From positions 6,534 to 70,533 of the forward strand of contig JBBDQU010000040.1 in the NCBI GenBank assembly GCA_040905865.1: 64,000 nt of DNA. Reading direction: 5' to 3'. Source of the stretch: Alphaproteobacteria bacterium (GTDB lineage Bacteria; Pseudomonadota; Alphaproteobacteria; UBA8366; GCA-2717185). This document shows positions 1 through 9,471 of the stretch, piece after piece. The translations under genes were made by a program, and so were the position numbers. A model generated the notes under the pieces. That model had not been told where the DNA came from. It worked only from the letters and a program-made list of their open reading frames with translations, and did no database searches. Within the stretch, counting starts at the first letter, position 1. Every line of letters starts with the position of its first letter.

Positions 1-2876
1 TTGGTGAGCTTGGGGCGCAACACAGCGAGCGCGAGCGGAAACAGGCCGGTATGATCGTCCTGAAGAACTGCATAGATGCTCTGGAACACCGATAGCGGCG
101 CGGCGTCCGAGGTTTGGGCGGTGAGGCCGCGAAAGTCATCATTCTCAGCATCGTCATTCTTGATGAGCCCAGCGGCCATCTGGCCGACGCGGTCCATGAC
201 GCCGTCAACGTCGCCAAGCGGTCGCAGCCGCACGCCGAATTTGGTGGCGCCGAGTGCCACTGCGAGCGGCGCATCGTTGAGCGAAGGCTTATAGGTCGGA
301 TGGCGAAGGGCGGCCATGCCGACCAGCAACAGCGGGCGTAGGCTATCGCGGAAGGAGAAGGTCTTCATGTCGCCCGCAAGCCGCGATGCAGTCTGGCGAC
401 CATCGGAGAAAACCAGCGCCTTTCGGCCTTGAAGCGGCGTGTGACTTTCAGGGCGGGGAGGTTGTTCGAGCACTTGAACGGTAATTAGTTCCTTGAAGGG
501 CTGCTCGCCCTTGGTCTGCAGGTCCGAAATGCCGCCCATTGCGGTATCGCCGCACGCTGCCCCGCACCGTGGGCAGTTCTCGAATAGAGTCGCGCTGGTG
601 ATTGGCGGCAGCCAGACTTCGCGGTTGAAGGTGCCGCTTCCATCGATGCGCCCGGAACTCAGATCCAGATAGACCGGGCGGACGACGCCGGACTTTTCCG
701 GAAGCGGATCCTCGAGACAGACATGGATAGGTTGGAGGACGCCGGTGTCGCCGGCATAAGCGCGACCATTATCTTGCCAGAGGTGCTCGACTCCAGTCGG
801 AGCGCCAACGTTGGCGCATGCAACTGAGAGCCCGCAATCTCGGCAACTATGCAGCTCGTAAACTTGGGAGCCACAGCCGCAATTCTGGCGCGCCTCGGCA
901 TAGAGAGCGCCGGTGGGCCCGCCACGTTCTTCCGCGGATATCTGGTCACATCCCGGATTGGCGCAAGCCCAGAGACCTGGCAGACCCCGAAACAGCATAT
1001 GGACGCGGGCCGGTAGCAGCGGGGCGGTTCCCGGCGCAGCTTTGGCGAGCGAGGCGAGTTCTAGCAAGGCGTCAACTGCCGAGGCCGCCGTATCGGGCTG
1101 GACCGAGGGGAAGAGCGCCTTGGGTAGTGCGGTGAACGCCCAAGCTGCTCCCCGAGATTCGACGGGATCTTTGGGCGACGAAGCGCCTGACGTAATGTTG
1201 CGAAGACGCCCCAACACGTTCGAACCATCCAGAATTGCTGCAAGCGCAGCAGGCAGGTCGTCCTCATCCCAGTCACACTTCCCAGATGTAGCAGTGCCGA
1301 GAGCGTAGGCGCGCGCGAACGCGACGCTGCCCGAATCGGTGCGGATATCATCGACGATGAGGAATAGTCTCGCGGTCGTAACTGTCGCGCCACCCGGCAC
1401 GACCACTTGCTCTTCGACTTCGGCGCCGGACGCATCGCGACCGTGGACGGTAACGATGATATTGGCGGAACCGCTGTCCTTGCGCGTCAGGGTTACGGGG
1501 CGTGCGCTCGATGCCTTGGCATGAGCGGCGAGCGGGGCCACGACTTGCGAACGATCAGTGGGAGCCGAGGATTGGAGCAAGGCCAGCGGGACGGAGGCGA
1601 GCGCCGCGGCAAGGTTGGTCGACCCGTCCCCCGCCGGCGCGAACGATCGCTTGTCACCCTGAAGTGTCTGAATGCGCTCTTTCGCAAGTCCGGAAAGACC
1701 AGCGACAAACTCGGCGGCGGAATCTCCATCAGAGAACGAGGCGCTTGTCGCGATAAATACGACGCGGGACGGTGGCAGACCCAGCCGATCGAGCAAGCGC
1801 CTGATCAGATAGGCGACTTCCGTGCCATTGGCGCCGCGATAGAGATGCGCCTCGTCAAGAATAAGAAAGAATTTCTCGTCCGGATGCGCTTCGAAATAAG
1901 CACGCGTCTCAGCGAAAATCTGCCTCTCGATCGGGCGCAAAAGCATATACTCGAGCATCGAATAGTTGGTAACGAGGAGGTCAGGACACGCGCCCTGAAT
2001 CTCGTGACGCGTAAGCAGTTCGGGATCCTCGGGTCGCTCATTGGCGCGCAAGGGATCTCCTTTCCTAGTCTCCCAGTGTTCGCCAGACTTGCCGTACCAT
2101 TTGCGAAGGCCATCGAACGCGCCGACGAAGCTGTCGGGCTTGGCTGGCCAGCGCCCTTTTTCCTTGAGGATATTGACAAGCGCTTGATCCTTGGCGTTGC
2201 CAGCGCGTGCGCCGTCCTCGATCTTTAGATAATATTCAAGCGTCTTGAGGCGCTTCTGGTCACGATCACCGTCGCGGATACCAGGATAAAGAGTGCGGCC
2301 GGTATAACGGCCAAACTTTGCTGGGCGCTTGCCTGCGGCGGTGAACCATTTTCGTGCCGCGCTTGAACCGAACAGCGTGCGCAACCGACCTAGCTGGTCG
2401 TTGACGAGCGCATTCATCGGGTAAAGGAGCAGCGCGCGCACGGCGCGGGTCGAAAAATGATCGGCCCTGTAAATCGCCTCATCGGCAAGCCGCGCCAGCA
2501 CAGGCAGCAAGAAGCTCTCGGTCTTGCCGGACCCCGTGCCAGTGGTGACAACAATCCCGGTGCCGCCTGCGTTAGCGGCCATCGTCTTTTCAAGCGATTG
2601 TGCCTGATGTTCATATGGCGGGTCGAAAAGGAGTTCATCAGACTCCTTTGAGGCCATGCTAGTCAGGAAATCGCAGACCTGCTGATCCAGGTCAAGGGTC
2701 GCAAACTTGCGGTCTCCTACATAGGCGGGCGTACTCTCTATATACGGCGTCTGGGCGATGCCGCCCTTCATCAAGATCTGCCGACGGAGGTTAACCACCT
2801 TGGGATTCGAAAGGTGATAGGTCGCCTCGATGTAGGAGGCCAGCGCCTCCCGCATATGCTTAATCTCGGTACGCAT
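1..2876 (-). CDS. DEAD/DEAH-box SF2 helicase, DruE/YprA-like (defence-associated); 3' end truncated by window edge
   Basis: Hand translation from ATG 2876 (RBS GGAGGAGG), open to position 3. Q motif PYEHQ, Walker A TGTGSGKTESF, motif Ia YPMNALVNDQ, TNYSMLEYMLLRP, LDEAHLY, motif III TSAS, Cys clusters (CANPGC, CGCG, CRDCG, CPRCG) and GRKALVFSDGRQTASRLA. Absent from the ORF track because it has no stop in the window. Confidence 0.88.
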   Translation of the reverse strand, partial: MRTEIKHMREALASYIEATYHLSNPKVVNLRRQILMKGGIAQTPYIESTPAYVGDRKFATLDLDQQVCDFLTSMASKESDELLFDPPYEHQAQSLEKTMAANAGGTGIVVTTGTGSGKTESFLLPVLARLADEAIYRADHFSTRAVRALLLYPMNALVNDQLGRLRTLFGSSAARKWFTAAGKRPAKFGRYTGRTLYPGIRDGDRDQKRLKTLEYYLKIEDGARAGNAKDQALVNILKEKGRWPAKPDSFVGAFDGLRKWYGKSGEHWETRKGDPLRANERPEDPELLTRHEIQGACPDLLVTNYSMLEYMLLRPIERQIFAETRAYFEAHPDEKFFLILDEAHLYRGANGTEVAYLIRRLLDRLGLPPSRVVFIATSASFSDGDSAAEFVAGLSGLAKERIQTLQGDKRSFAPAGDGSTNLAAALASVPLALLQSSAPTDRSQVVAPLAAHAKASSARPVTLTRKDSGSANIIVTVHGRDASGAEVEEQVVVPGGATVTTARLFLIVDDIRTDSGSVAFARAYALGTATSGKCDWDEDDLPAALAAILDGSNVLGRLRNITSGASSPKDPVESRGAAWAFTALPKALFPSVQPDTAASAVDALLELASLAKAAPGTAPLLPARVHMLFRGLPGLWACANPGCDQISAEERGGPTGALYAEARQNCGCGSQVYELHSCRDCGLSVACANVGAPTGVEHLWQDNGRAYAGDTGVLQPIHVCLEDPLPEKSGVVRPVYLDLSSGRIDGSGTFNREVWLPPITSATLFENCPRCGAACGDTAMGGISDLQTKGEQPFKELITVQVLEQPPRPESHTPLQGRKALVFSDGRQTASRLAGDMKTFSFRDSLRPLLLVGMAALRHPTYKPSLNDAPLAVALGATKFGVRLRPLGDVDGVMDRVGQMAAGLIKNDDAENDDFRGLTAQTSDAAPLSVFQSIYAVLQDDHTGLFPLALAVLRPKLT

Positions 2877-3083
2877 GCCCCCTCCTCCGACCCCTCTTCG
2901 TGGCTTAATAGAACCAGTAGTAGAATTTCACTTTTCACTATAGTTATGTGTTTCGCAGACAACAATCAGCGACGAGGGTGATCGTGCCATTCCTTCCCTC
3001 ATTCTTGTTTAAGGCCTTGTCGATATCTCCATCGATCAGAAGAGCTTCATGGTTCAAACTCGCGGCTGAGGCGGCGTGGGGTA

Positions 3084-3317
3084 TCAGGAATTCATCAGGC
3101 GGAACCGGGCACCGCTGATCGCAGTCATCGTCCTTAGCCTGAGTCCGCCATACTCCAGCTCCTAGCGAATGCGGTCGACCCTAAGTACGTCAGTATCGTA
3201 TTCGACGCCATCGCCGGCATACTGCGCCAGTATCTCCCCAAACGTCGCCAGCATCGGCTCCGCGTTCGGATCACCAAATTCCAGCAGGTCAAGGTCGCGA
3301 GCGTCGCGGTGCGGATC
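3084..3317 (-). pseudogene. Internal fragment of an AbiEii/AbiGii-family nucleotidyltransferase toxin with an in-frame stop
   Basis: Translates DPHRDARDLDLLEFGDPNAEPMLATFGEILAQYAGDGVEYDTDVLRVDRIR*ELEYGGLRLRTMTAISGARFRL. Matches the R-x-T-x-DLDL...DGV-x-F/Y-D...IRE-x-x-EYGGLR pattern of this family. TAG at 3162-3164; N- and C-termini missing. Confidence 0.72.
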
Positions 3318-3567
3318 GGTGTGCCGCTGAAACGCTACTTTTCCGGCAGCATCGCCAGAGCCGTTAGTGAAGAAATGAATCGATTCGCCCCCTGATTACG
3401 CGTCGCGCTTCCCCCTTTTTCGATCCGGTGGAGGCCTTCGGTGATCACCATGTCGGAATCGGACCGCCCCCGGACGTTCCCGACAACCTTCCCTCAACCA
3501 ATCCGAATCGAATCGACCAGCACCCATACCGGGAATCGTCAGTGTCGGCAAAACTCGACTGGACTTC

Positions 3568-3730
3568 GCCGGCATGGCAAGCATTCATGCCGGCAGCAGA
3601 AACGCGGGCAGCCTCCGGCCCGCGCGCCCCGCCCGGCTACCCGGCGGGGCTTCGGGCAGTGGGAAGCGCCGTTTCCCCGCCTTCGCGGGACCGATGATCC
3701 ACGCGGCGCCCGCAACCGAAGGAGGCCATC
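3568..3730 (+). promoter_or_regulatory. Multi-hairpin leader upstream of DUF3489; last stem overlaps the RBS
   Basis: Inverted repeats GCCGGCATG/CATGCCGGC, CGCGGGC/GCCCGCG and GCCCCGCC/GGCGGGGC. CTTCGG (3650-3655) can pair with CCGAAG (3716-3721), the start of the GAAGGAGG RBS. Confidence 0.4.
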
Positions 3731-4288
3731 ATGCCCAAGCTTACTGATACCCAATCCGTTATCCTGAACGCCGCCGCGCAAAGCGACGACGGCGCCGTTC
3801 TGCCCCTGCCCGCAACCCTGACGGCCAACAAGGGGGCCGCGACGATCAGCCTCCGCAGCATGATCAAGAGCGGCCTGATCGCGGAACAACCCGCCGGGCC
3901 GGACGACACTGTATGGCACGAGGCGGACGACGGCACCCGATGGGCGCTGGTTGTAACGGACGCCGGCCTGACGGCCATCGGCATCAATCCGGCGGAACGG
4001 TGCGACGACTCCAATCCCGAAACCAAAATCCCCGGCGAGACGACCGAGGCCCCCGGCGCGGTTCGCGCGGGGACGAAACAGGCGCTGCTGGTCGACCTCC
4101 TGACGCGGCCGTCCGGTGCCACGATCGCCGAGGTCGTCGCGGCAACCGGCTGGCAGGCGCATTCGGTCCGCGGCACCATCAGCGGCACGCTCAAGAAAAA
4201 ACTCGGCCTGATCGTATCGTCGGAAAAACTTGCCGATCGCGGCCGGGTCTATCGCATCGCGATGGATAGTCCGGATACGGGACGCTGA
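3731..4288 (+). CDS. DUF3489 domain protein (HTH-like C-terminus)
   Basis: MPKLTDTQSVILNAAAQ...GTKQALLVDLLTRPSGATIAEVVAATGWQAHSVRGTISGTLKKKLGL; strong RBS GGAGG. Confidence 0.88.
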   Translation: MPKLTDTQSVILNAAAQSDDGAVLPLPATLTANKGAATISLRSMIKSGLIAEQPAGPDDTVWHEADDGTRWALVVTDAGLTAIGINPAERCDDSNPETKIPGETTEAPGAVRAGTKQALLVDLLTRPSGATIAEVVAATGWQAHSVRGTISGTLKKKLGLIVSSEKLADRGRVYRIAMDSPDTGR

Positions 4289-4291
4289 ACC

Positions 4292-4747
4292 ATGGCCCGC
4301 AACTCTCGCGCCGCCAGGCAGGATCCGGAACAGGCGGTCGCCCGCCTGTCCGATCTTCCGCATCCAGAACTGGCCGCGCGATGGCGGGCGCTGTCCGGCG
4401 CGGCGCCGCCGAAGGGGCTGAGCCGACGGCTCCTACTGCTGGCCCTCGCCTACCGTGTCCAGGCGGACGTCCTAGGCGATCTCGATCCGGCAACGGATCG
4501 CCGGCTGCGCCGCATCGCGGCCGGCGTCCCGAACTCCGGTCCGGCGCCGAATCCCGGCGTGGCGCTGAAGCCGGGGATGCGGCTGATGCGCGAATGGAAC
4601 GGCCGCACCCATATCGTCGATGTCACCGCCGACGGGCTCCTCTGGAACGGGACGCCCTGTTCGTCACTCTCCGCCATCGCCCGCGCCATCACCGGCGCGC
4701 GCTGGTCCGGACCCCGGTTCTTCGGCCTGCGGAATACCGGGGCATGA
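4292..4747 (+). CDS. DUF2924 domain protein
   Basis: LAYRVQ...GDL and PGMRLMREWNGRTHIVDV...SLSAIARAITGARWSGPRFFGL signature. Confidence 0.9.
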   Translation: MARNSRAARQDPEQAVARLSDLPHPELAARWRALSGAAPPKGLSRRLLLLALAYRVQADVLGDLDPATDRRLRRIAAGVPNSGPAPNPGVALKPGMRLMREWNGRTHIVDVTADGLLWNGTPCSSLSAIARAITGARWSGPRFFGLRNTGA

Positions 4748-6450
4748 ATCTGGATGCGAACCGGATACCCCGGGCGCGCAGGCTGCGCTGCGCCATCTAT
4801 ACCCGCAAATCCTCCGATGAAGGGCTGGAACAGGACTTCAACAGCCTCGATGCCCAGCGCGAGGCCTGCGACGCGTATATTCGGAGCCAGGCGGGCGAAG
4901 GGTGGATCGGATTCGCGGCGCGGTACGACGATGGCGGCTTCTCCGGCGGCACCATGGACCGGCCGGGGCTCCGGGCGCTGCTGGGCGACATCGAGGCCGG
5001 CACCATCGATGTGGTCGTCGTCTACAAGGTCGACCGGCTGACCCGGGCGCTGTCCGACTTCGCCCGGCTGGTCGACATCTTCGATGCGCATCGGGTCTCG
5101 TTCGTGTCGGTGACCCAATCGTTCAATACCACCACGTCGATGGGGCGGTTGACCCTCAATGTGCTGCTGTCCTTCGCCCAGTTCGAACGCGAGGTGACCG
5201 CGGAGCGCATCCGCGACAAGATCGCCGCCTCCAAGAAGAAGGGCATGTGGATGGGCGGGCTGCCGCCGCTGGGCTATGACTGCGCGGAAAAGAAGCTGGT
5301 CGTGAACCAGGCCGAAGCCGAAACGGTGCGGCGCCTGTTCGCCCTGTATCTCGAGCTCGGCAACGTCCGGCTGGTGAAGGCCGAGGCGGATCGTATCGGC
5401 CTGCGCACCAAGCCCCGCAGGCCGAACAACGGGCGCGCCACAGGCGACTTGCCGTTCACCCGCGGGCACCTCTACAAGCTGCTGTCGAACCCGCTCTATG
5501 CGGGACTCGTCCCCCACAAGGGGCAGAATCATGCGGGGCAGCACGCCGCGATCGTCGACTGCGCGGTCTGGGACCGGGTACAGGCGCGGCTTGCGGCAAG
5601 CGCCGTCAGCCGGCGGTCGACGCGGAATGGGGAAAGCCGCCACGCCTTCGCGGGCCGCGTCTTCGACGAAACCGGCGATGCCCTGCGACCGCATCACGCC
5701 AGCAAGAAGGGTCGGCGCTACCACTACTACGTCTCCGGTCGGCTGCTGACCGCGCCGGGCAGCGCCGACCCTGCCGGCTGGCGCCTGCCTACGAAGGAGC
5801 TGGAACAGGCGATCGGGAGTATTGTAACCCGGTGGCTCGAGAATAGCCGCGAATCGGAAACATTCCTGCTGCCGCCGGATGCCCGCATCGCCGAGCGCAG
5901 TGCGCTCGCGGCGGCGGCGCGATCGCTCGCCGCCGAGTGGAAACGCGACGGAGACGTCCCGGCATCCATCGCTCCCGTCGTCGCGCGCGTCGACCTTGCC
6001 CCGGCGACCATCCGCATCGTCCTGGATCGAATCCGGTTATACGAGGCGCTGAACCTTTCCGATATGGATCGCGACCCAAGCGCCGACATCGCCATCGTGG
6101 CATCCATCGCGCTGAAGCGTCGCGGCGCTGAAACCCGATTGGTCACCGGCGGCGACACCGCATCGGGATCACCCGATGCAAATATCGTTGCCGCCATCGC
6201 GTCCGCCAGGCACTGGTTCGACGCGCTGCGCACCGGAGATGCCGCATCGGTGCTCGAACTGGCCGCACGGCACAACGTCGATCGCAGCCATGTCAGCCGC
6301 ACCCTGCCGCTGGCCTTCCTCGCACCCGATATCGTCCAGGCGATCGTCGACGGGCGCACCGACGAAACCCGCCTTACCCTGTCAGCCCTCAAGCGCCTGA
6401 ACCTGCCCGCGTCATGGCGCGCGCAACGGGAATTGCTGCGCCTCCGGTGA
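4744..6450 (+). CDS. Large serine recombinase (resolvase + recombinase domains, C-terminal HTH-like extension)
   Basis: CAIYTRKSS catalytic Ser, NSLDAQRE, YDDGGFSGG, VYKVDRLTR, FAQFEREVTAERIRDK. ATG 4744 overlaps the DUF2924 stop (ATGA). Confidence 0.95.
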   Translation: MNLDANRIPRARRLRCAIYTRKSSDEGLEQDFNSLDAQREACDAYIRSQAGEGWIGFAARYDDGGFSGGTMDRPGLRALLGDIEAGTIDVVVVYKVDRLTRALSDFARLVDIFDAHRVSFVSVTQSFNTTTSMGRLTLNVLLSFAQFEREVTAERIRDKIAASKKKGMWMGGLPPLGYDCAEKKLVVNQAEAETVRRLFALYLELGNVRLVKAEADRIGLRTKPRRPNNGRATGDLPFTRGHLYKLLSNPLYAGLVPHKGQNHAGQHAAIVDCAVWDRVQARLAASAVSRRSTRNGESRHAFAGRVFDETGDALRPHHASKKGRRYHYYVSGRLLTAPGSADPAGWRLPTKELEQAIGSIVTRWLENSRESETFLLPPDARIAERSALAAAARSLAAEWKRDGDVPASIAPVVARVDLAPATIRIVLDRIRLYEALNLSDMDRDPSADIAIVASIALKRRGAETRLVTGGDTASGSPDANIVAAIASARHWFDALRTGDAASVLELAARHNVDRSHVSRTLPLAFLAPDIVQAIVDGRTDETRLTLSALKRLNLPASWRAQRELLRLR

Positions 6451-6500
6451 TCCCCTGGAAGGTTCCCTGTCCCAACGGAATGACCGCGAAAACGGCCGCG

Positions 6501-6548
6501 GGAGACGCGCCCGCGAATACCGGCCAATTGGCGCGGGGTGGCGTCTCC
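6501..6548. repeat. 8-bp inverted repeat GGAGACGC-N32-GCGTCTCC between recombinase and att/tRNA
   Basis: Arms at 6501-6508 and 6541-6548. Confidence 0.45.
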
Positions 6549-6643
6549 GGCGACCGTAACGGTGCGCGCGCGGGCGGTTAAGCCGCGGTAAATACGGCGT
6601 TATTTGAAGCGCGCCGGAATGGACCGGAATCGCCGTAAGGAAC

Positions 6644-6719
<76 letters not shown>

Positions 6720-6836
6720 ACGGTAACATCTGTCGCGCGCCCTTGGGCGGCGGCGCGAGGCGAAACCCTTACAGAAAGAAACCCCGGCGATGCAAGGGAT
6801 TTGTGCAGCGCCGGGTCAACCCCGTGCTCAACGGGA

Positions 6837-7187
6837 TCAGATGTCCTTGTCGTCGTCGTCACCGCCTACGACAAGGGGAATATCGTCCGTGCTGTACTCG
6901 TCATCGTCTTCGTCGTCGTCCAGCAGGGAATCGTCATCCGCATCGTCGTCATCGTCGTCGACGAGAAGATCGTCCACATCATCGTCGAGTTCGTCCACAA
7001 TCGGCTTCTTGACGGGCGCTTTCGGCGCTTCTTCCTTTACGGCCGCGGCCTTGCCGCGCCGCGACCGCGACGGCGCGGAAACTATTGTATCACATTTCGG
7101 GCAGGTGATCGGGTCGCGCAGCATGTCGTAATACTTCGCGCCGCAGTTTTCGCAGAGGTGTTTCGCACCCCATTCCGGCTTGACCAA
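6837..7187 (-). CDS. TIGR02300 / FYDLN_acid family protein (Zn-ribbon plus acidic tail)
   Basis: [31 protein letters not shown] and Asp-rich tail; TTG start with AAGGAG RBS; usual neighbour of aroA and tRNA-Ala. Confidence 0.9.
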   Translation of the reverse strand: MVKPEWGAKHLCENCGAKYYDMLRDPITCPKCDTIVSAPSRSRRGKAAAVKEEAPKAPVKKPIVDELDDDVDDLLVDDDDDDADDDSLLDDDEDDDEYSTDDIPLVVGGDDDDKDI

Positions 7188-7386
7188 AATCCGCTCCTTA
7201 AATTGTATTTCCGGAATTTTCGCCGAATTGCCACGTTCGCGCCTCCCTGTCAAAACAAAACGCCTGTCCCAAGGGCCGTATCGTGAAAAAAAACTGCGCG
7301 AGAATTCTACCGTGCGGCGGATTAAACATGTTAGAGAAGGTCCGCCCCCGCCGGGGGCGGTTTCACCAATCCGCGAGGCCGTTCAC

Positions 7387-8721
7387 TTGTCTTCCCTGCG
7401 ATCCCATGCCGCAAGGCCCCTGCGCGGCGCCGTATCCGTACCCGGCGACAAGTCCATTTCGCACCGTGCGCTCATGCTGGGCGGGCTGGCGGTCGGCGAG
7501 ACGACAATCACCGGCCTGCTCGAAGGCGAGGACGTGCTGAATACCGCCGCCGCGATGCGGTCGCTCGGCGCGACGGTGGAGCGGGATAAAAACGGCGTAT
7601 GGCGCGTGTCCGGCGTCGGGATCGGCGGGTTGCGGGAACCCGACAGCGTCATCGACCTCGGCAATTCGGGAACCGCCGCGCGGCTGCTGATGGGAATCCT
7701 GGCGGGACATCCCATCACCAGTTTCATGACCGGCGACGCGTCGTTGCGCGGCCGGCCGATGAACCGCGTCGTCGATCCGCTGCGCGAATTCGGCGCGACA
7801 TTCGTCTGCCGCGAAGGGGGCCGCATGCCGCTGGCCATCGTTGGCGCCCGCGACCCCATGCCGATCACCTACCGCCTGCCGGTCGCGTCGGCGCAGGTGA
7901 AATCCGCCATCCTGCTGGCGGGGCTGAACGCGCCCGGCCGGACCACGGTCATCGAACCGCAACCGACCCGCGACCATACCGAACTGATGCTGATTCATTT
8001 CGGCGCGCAAATCGACATCGTCCATGACGCGGAAAACGCCGCCCATATCAGTGTTACCGGCCAGCCGGAACTGAGCGGCCGGCCGGTCGTCGTGCCGGGC
8101 GACCCCAGTTCCGCCGCCTTTGCCGCCATTGCCGCCGCCATTGTCCCGGATTCCGAAATCACCCTGACCGGTATCGGCATGAACCCGAAACGCACCGGGC
8201 TGTTTACCACCCTGCTGGAAATGGGCGCCGACATCACGCTGCGCAACGAACGCACCGAGGCGGGCGAACCCGTCGCCGACATGACGGTCCGTTCCAGCCG
8301 GCTGCGCGGCGTGACCGTGCCGGCCGAACGCGCGCCGTCGATGATCGACGAATACCCGGTGCTGGCCGCCGCCGCCGCCGTTGCCGGTGGCGATACGGTC
8401 ATGCTGGGAGTCGGCGAATTGCGGGTCAAGGAAAGCGACCGGCTGGATGCCATCGACAGGGGGCTGACCGCCTGCGGCGTCCGCGTGACGGCGGGACCGG
8501 ACAACCTGACCGTGCATGGCTGCGCCGGCACGCCACCCGGCGGCGGCGCCGTGGCCACCGCGCTGGATCACCGGATCGCCATGAGCTTCCTGGTGCTCGG
8601 CATGGCGACGCGGGAACCGGTCATGGTGGATGACGCCGGGCCGATCAATACGAGCTTTCCCGGCTTTGTCGACCTGATGAACGGACTGGGCGCCGATATC
8701 CGGCCGGGAAGCGCCGCATGA
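7387..8721 (+). CDS. aroA: 3-phosphoshikimate 1-carboxyvinyltransferase (EPSP synthase)
   Basis: [41 protein letters not shown]. Start uncertain (TTG 7387 chosen). Confidence 0.97.
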   Translation: MSSLRSHAARPLRGAVSVPGDKSISHRALMLGGLAVGETTITGLLEGEDVLNTAAAMRSLGATVERDKNGVWRVSGVGIGGLREPDSVIDLGNSGTAARLLMGILAGHPITSFMTGDASLRGRPMNRVVDPLREFGATFVCREGGRMPLAIVGARDPMPITYRLPVASAQVKSAILLAGLNAPGRTTVIEPQPTRDHTELMLIHFGAQIDIVHDAENAAHISVTGQPELSGRPVVVPGDPSSAAFAAIAAAIVPDSEITLTGIGMNPKRTGLFTTLLEMGADITLRNERTEAGEPVADMTVRSSRLRGVTVPAERAPSMIDEYPVLAAAAAVAGGDTVMLGVGELRVKESDRLDAIDRGLTACGVRVTAGPDNLTVHGCAGTPPGGGAVATALDHRIAMSFLVLGMATREPVMVDDAGPINTSFPGFVDLMNGLGADIRPGSAA

Positions 8722-9341
8722 TCGTTGCCGTCGACGGCCCCGCCGCGTCCGGCAAGGGGACGCTCGCGCGCCGCCTCGCCGATGAACTGGGCCTGGCTTA
8801 TCTGGATACGGGCAAGATATACAGGGCGGTGGGATATCGTGTGCTGGCCGCGGGCGGCGACCCCGCCGATCCCGAAGCCGCCCTCGCGGCGGCCCGCGCG
8901 CTCGATTCATCCGACCTGTCCGACCCGGCGCTGGCCGGGGACGACGCGGCCGATGCGGCGTCGAAAGTGGCCGTGATGCCCGCCGTCCGCGACGCGCTGA
9001 TGGCGTTTCAGCGGGATTTCGCCGCCCGGCCGCCCGGCGCTGTACTGGACGGCCGGGATATCGGAACGGTGGTCTGCCCCGACGCGGATGTGAAGCTTTT
9101 CGTGACCGCCGATGTGGAAACCCGCGCCGAACGCCGACATAAGGAGTTGCTTGACAGGGGTGAGGCAAGTATATATGCGCGCGTTTTACAAGCGTTGGCG
9201 GACCGGGACACGCGCGATCGAAGCCGGTCAACGGCACCGATGAAGGCAGCAGACGACGCCGTCATAGTCGATACGACAACGATGGATGCGGATGAGGCTT
9301 TCGATACGGCGATCAATATCGTCCGTTCCCGGACACGTTGA
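8718..9341 (+). CDS. cmk: Cytidylate kinase
   Basis: [28 protein letters not shown]; lies between aroA and rpsA. Confidence 0.97.
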   Translation: MIVAVDGPAASGKGTLARRLADELGLAYLDTGKIYRAVGYRVLAAGGDPADPEAALAAARALDSSDLSDPALAGDDAADAASKVAVMPAVRDALMAFQRDFAARPPGAVLDGRDIGTVVCPDADVKLFVTADVETRAERRHKELLDRGEASIYARVLQALADRDTRDRSRSTAPMKAADDAVIVDTTTMDADEAFDTAINIVRSRTR

Positions 9342-9471
9342 AACCCTGCTTCCGCATGTGAAATCACGGCGCATGAACATGCGCGGTATCGATCGATCAA
9401 TTGGTAAAAGACCGCCGGATACAACCGGTTGGCCGGAATAAAATGAACGTTGGAAAGGATACGATTTAACC

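Larger units (their letters stand above)
1..6643. mobile_element. Genomic island integrated at the 3' end of tRNA-Ala(GGC); other end lies beyond the left edge of the window
   Basis: A large serine recombinase ends about 190 bp from the tRNA CCA end, preceded by DUF3489/DUF2924 and defence-type cargo. Core genes begin on the other side of the tRNA. The second att copy is not in the window. Confidence 0.85.

Noticed and set aside
76..2651. Many short ORFs in the track across the first 2.7 kb
   Set aside because: They are antisense or out-of-frame shadows of the single long helicase frame (2876 to <1).
4381..4743. N-terminal extension of the recombinase ORF (689 aa in the track)
   Set aside because: It overlaps DUF2924 in another frame. 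The ATGA-coupled ATG at 4744 directly precedes the catalytic domain.
6845..6997. TCG/TCA-rich low-complexity tract resembling a repeat array
   Set aside because: It is the Asp/Glu-rich tail of the TIGR02300 protein on the minus strand.
9411..9436. Small CCGG-ATACAA-CCGG hairpin in the rpsA leader
   Set aside because: Plausibly part of an S1 autoregulatory leader, but too short to support without alignments.
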